Positions 63,260 through 64,000 of a stretch of 64,000 nt of DNA are shown here, in pieces. This DNA is from Stegostoma tigrinum (lineage: Eukaryota), in assembly GCF_030684315.1 (NCBI RefSeq), contig NC_081387.1, positions 1,778,497-1,842,496 on the forward strand, read 5' to 3'. A program made the translations under genes and the position numbers. Position 1 is the stretch's first letter, and the number at the start of each line of letters is the position of its first letter. A model generated the notes under the pieces. That model saw only the letters and a list, made by a program, of their open reading frames with translations, was not told the origin of the DNA and searched no databases.

Positions 63260-64000
63260 GAAAGACAGAAAATATGAGCAGGTGTATGGTATTCTACCTT
63301 TCAAGTCTGTTCCAATATTCAATACAACAGTGGCTGATTATCCAAATGAGTACCCAGTTCCCAATTTCTCCTCATGCCTTTAGAATTCTTTTGCTTTAAG
63401 AATTATATCTTCATCTTGAAACTATTCAATGATTTGGTCTCAACCAATCTATGCTGTGAAAAATTCTACAAACACACGATCACCACTCTCTGGGTAAAGA
63501 AATTTCCCCTCGTCTCATGCCTAAACAGCTCTAATCTTCTCTTTAGGCTTTGACCATTGGTTTGGACTCTTGTGTCACCATGAACGTGGTTCCTCCAATT
63601 TACTCTGTCTAGTCCTGTTAGAACCTAATAGAATTCCTGAGAATCCCGTCTCCCATTCTTCTAAACTGCAGTAAATATAGTCCTAACTGATCCAACCTCT
63701 CTTCATTCTTCAGCTTTTCCATCCCTGAAATGATTCTGTAAAACCTTTGTCATACTCTTTCACGACCAGAACATGCTTCGCCAGTTAATATGCACACAAT
63801 AGCCCATGTGTTCTCTCACTGAGGCCCAGTAAAACTCAGCGGGCCCTCCTTGCTCCTGTACTTTAATCCCTTCATAATGAAGACCAACATACCATTTGAC
63901 ATTCTCACTGCCTCTTTGCTTACTGTCGTCTGCACGAGGACACCCACTTCCGTTGCTGAATCTATTATCATTTGGGTAGTAACCTGCCTCCCTGTCTTGA
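63260..64000 (-). mobile_element. CR1 3' portion, decayed
   Basis: NFFTQRVV and MLVFIMKG motifs on the - strand. Confidence 0.85.

Overview
Eukaryotic, repeat-dense DNA, almost certainly from a shark or related elasmobranch (HE1-type V-SINEs, CR1 LINEs, GIY-YIG Penelope-like elements). The first ~44 kb is a tandem C2H2 zinc-finger cluster. It has three intact finger arrays with no visible effector domain (8452-9408 +, 11 fingers; 25808-26671 -, 10; 36106-36981 -, 10) and two decayed ZNF pseudogenes. The most striking unexplained structure is a non-coding promoter/first-exon cassette present in five copies, four of them as two outward-facing inverted pairs. Its core is ~96-99% identical between copies up to 37 kb apart, while the flanks and genes are far more diverged. 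It carries CCAAT/CRE/GC/ETS motifs and an exon ending ATG|GTGAGT on one strand, and TATAAAAG plus AATAAA on the other. Splicing to a shared acceptor would create a conserved uORF (MKxCTxxHQRxQR). The second notable system is one Penelope family inserted as fold-back palindromes of 136 bp to 1.9 kb, with 12-15 bp TSDs, a 35-42 nt unpaired tail and minimal hammerhead ribozyme cores. Also present are a tRNA-Arg(CCT) pseudogene, a decayed Gypsy pol and two orphan CpG-rich promoters. The last 20 kb is mostly LINE debris with no recognisable gene. All identities are by-eye counts and repeat boundaries are approximate.
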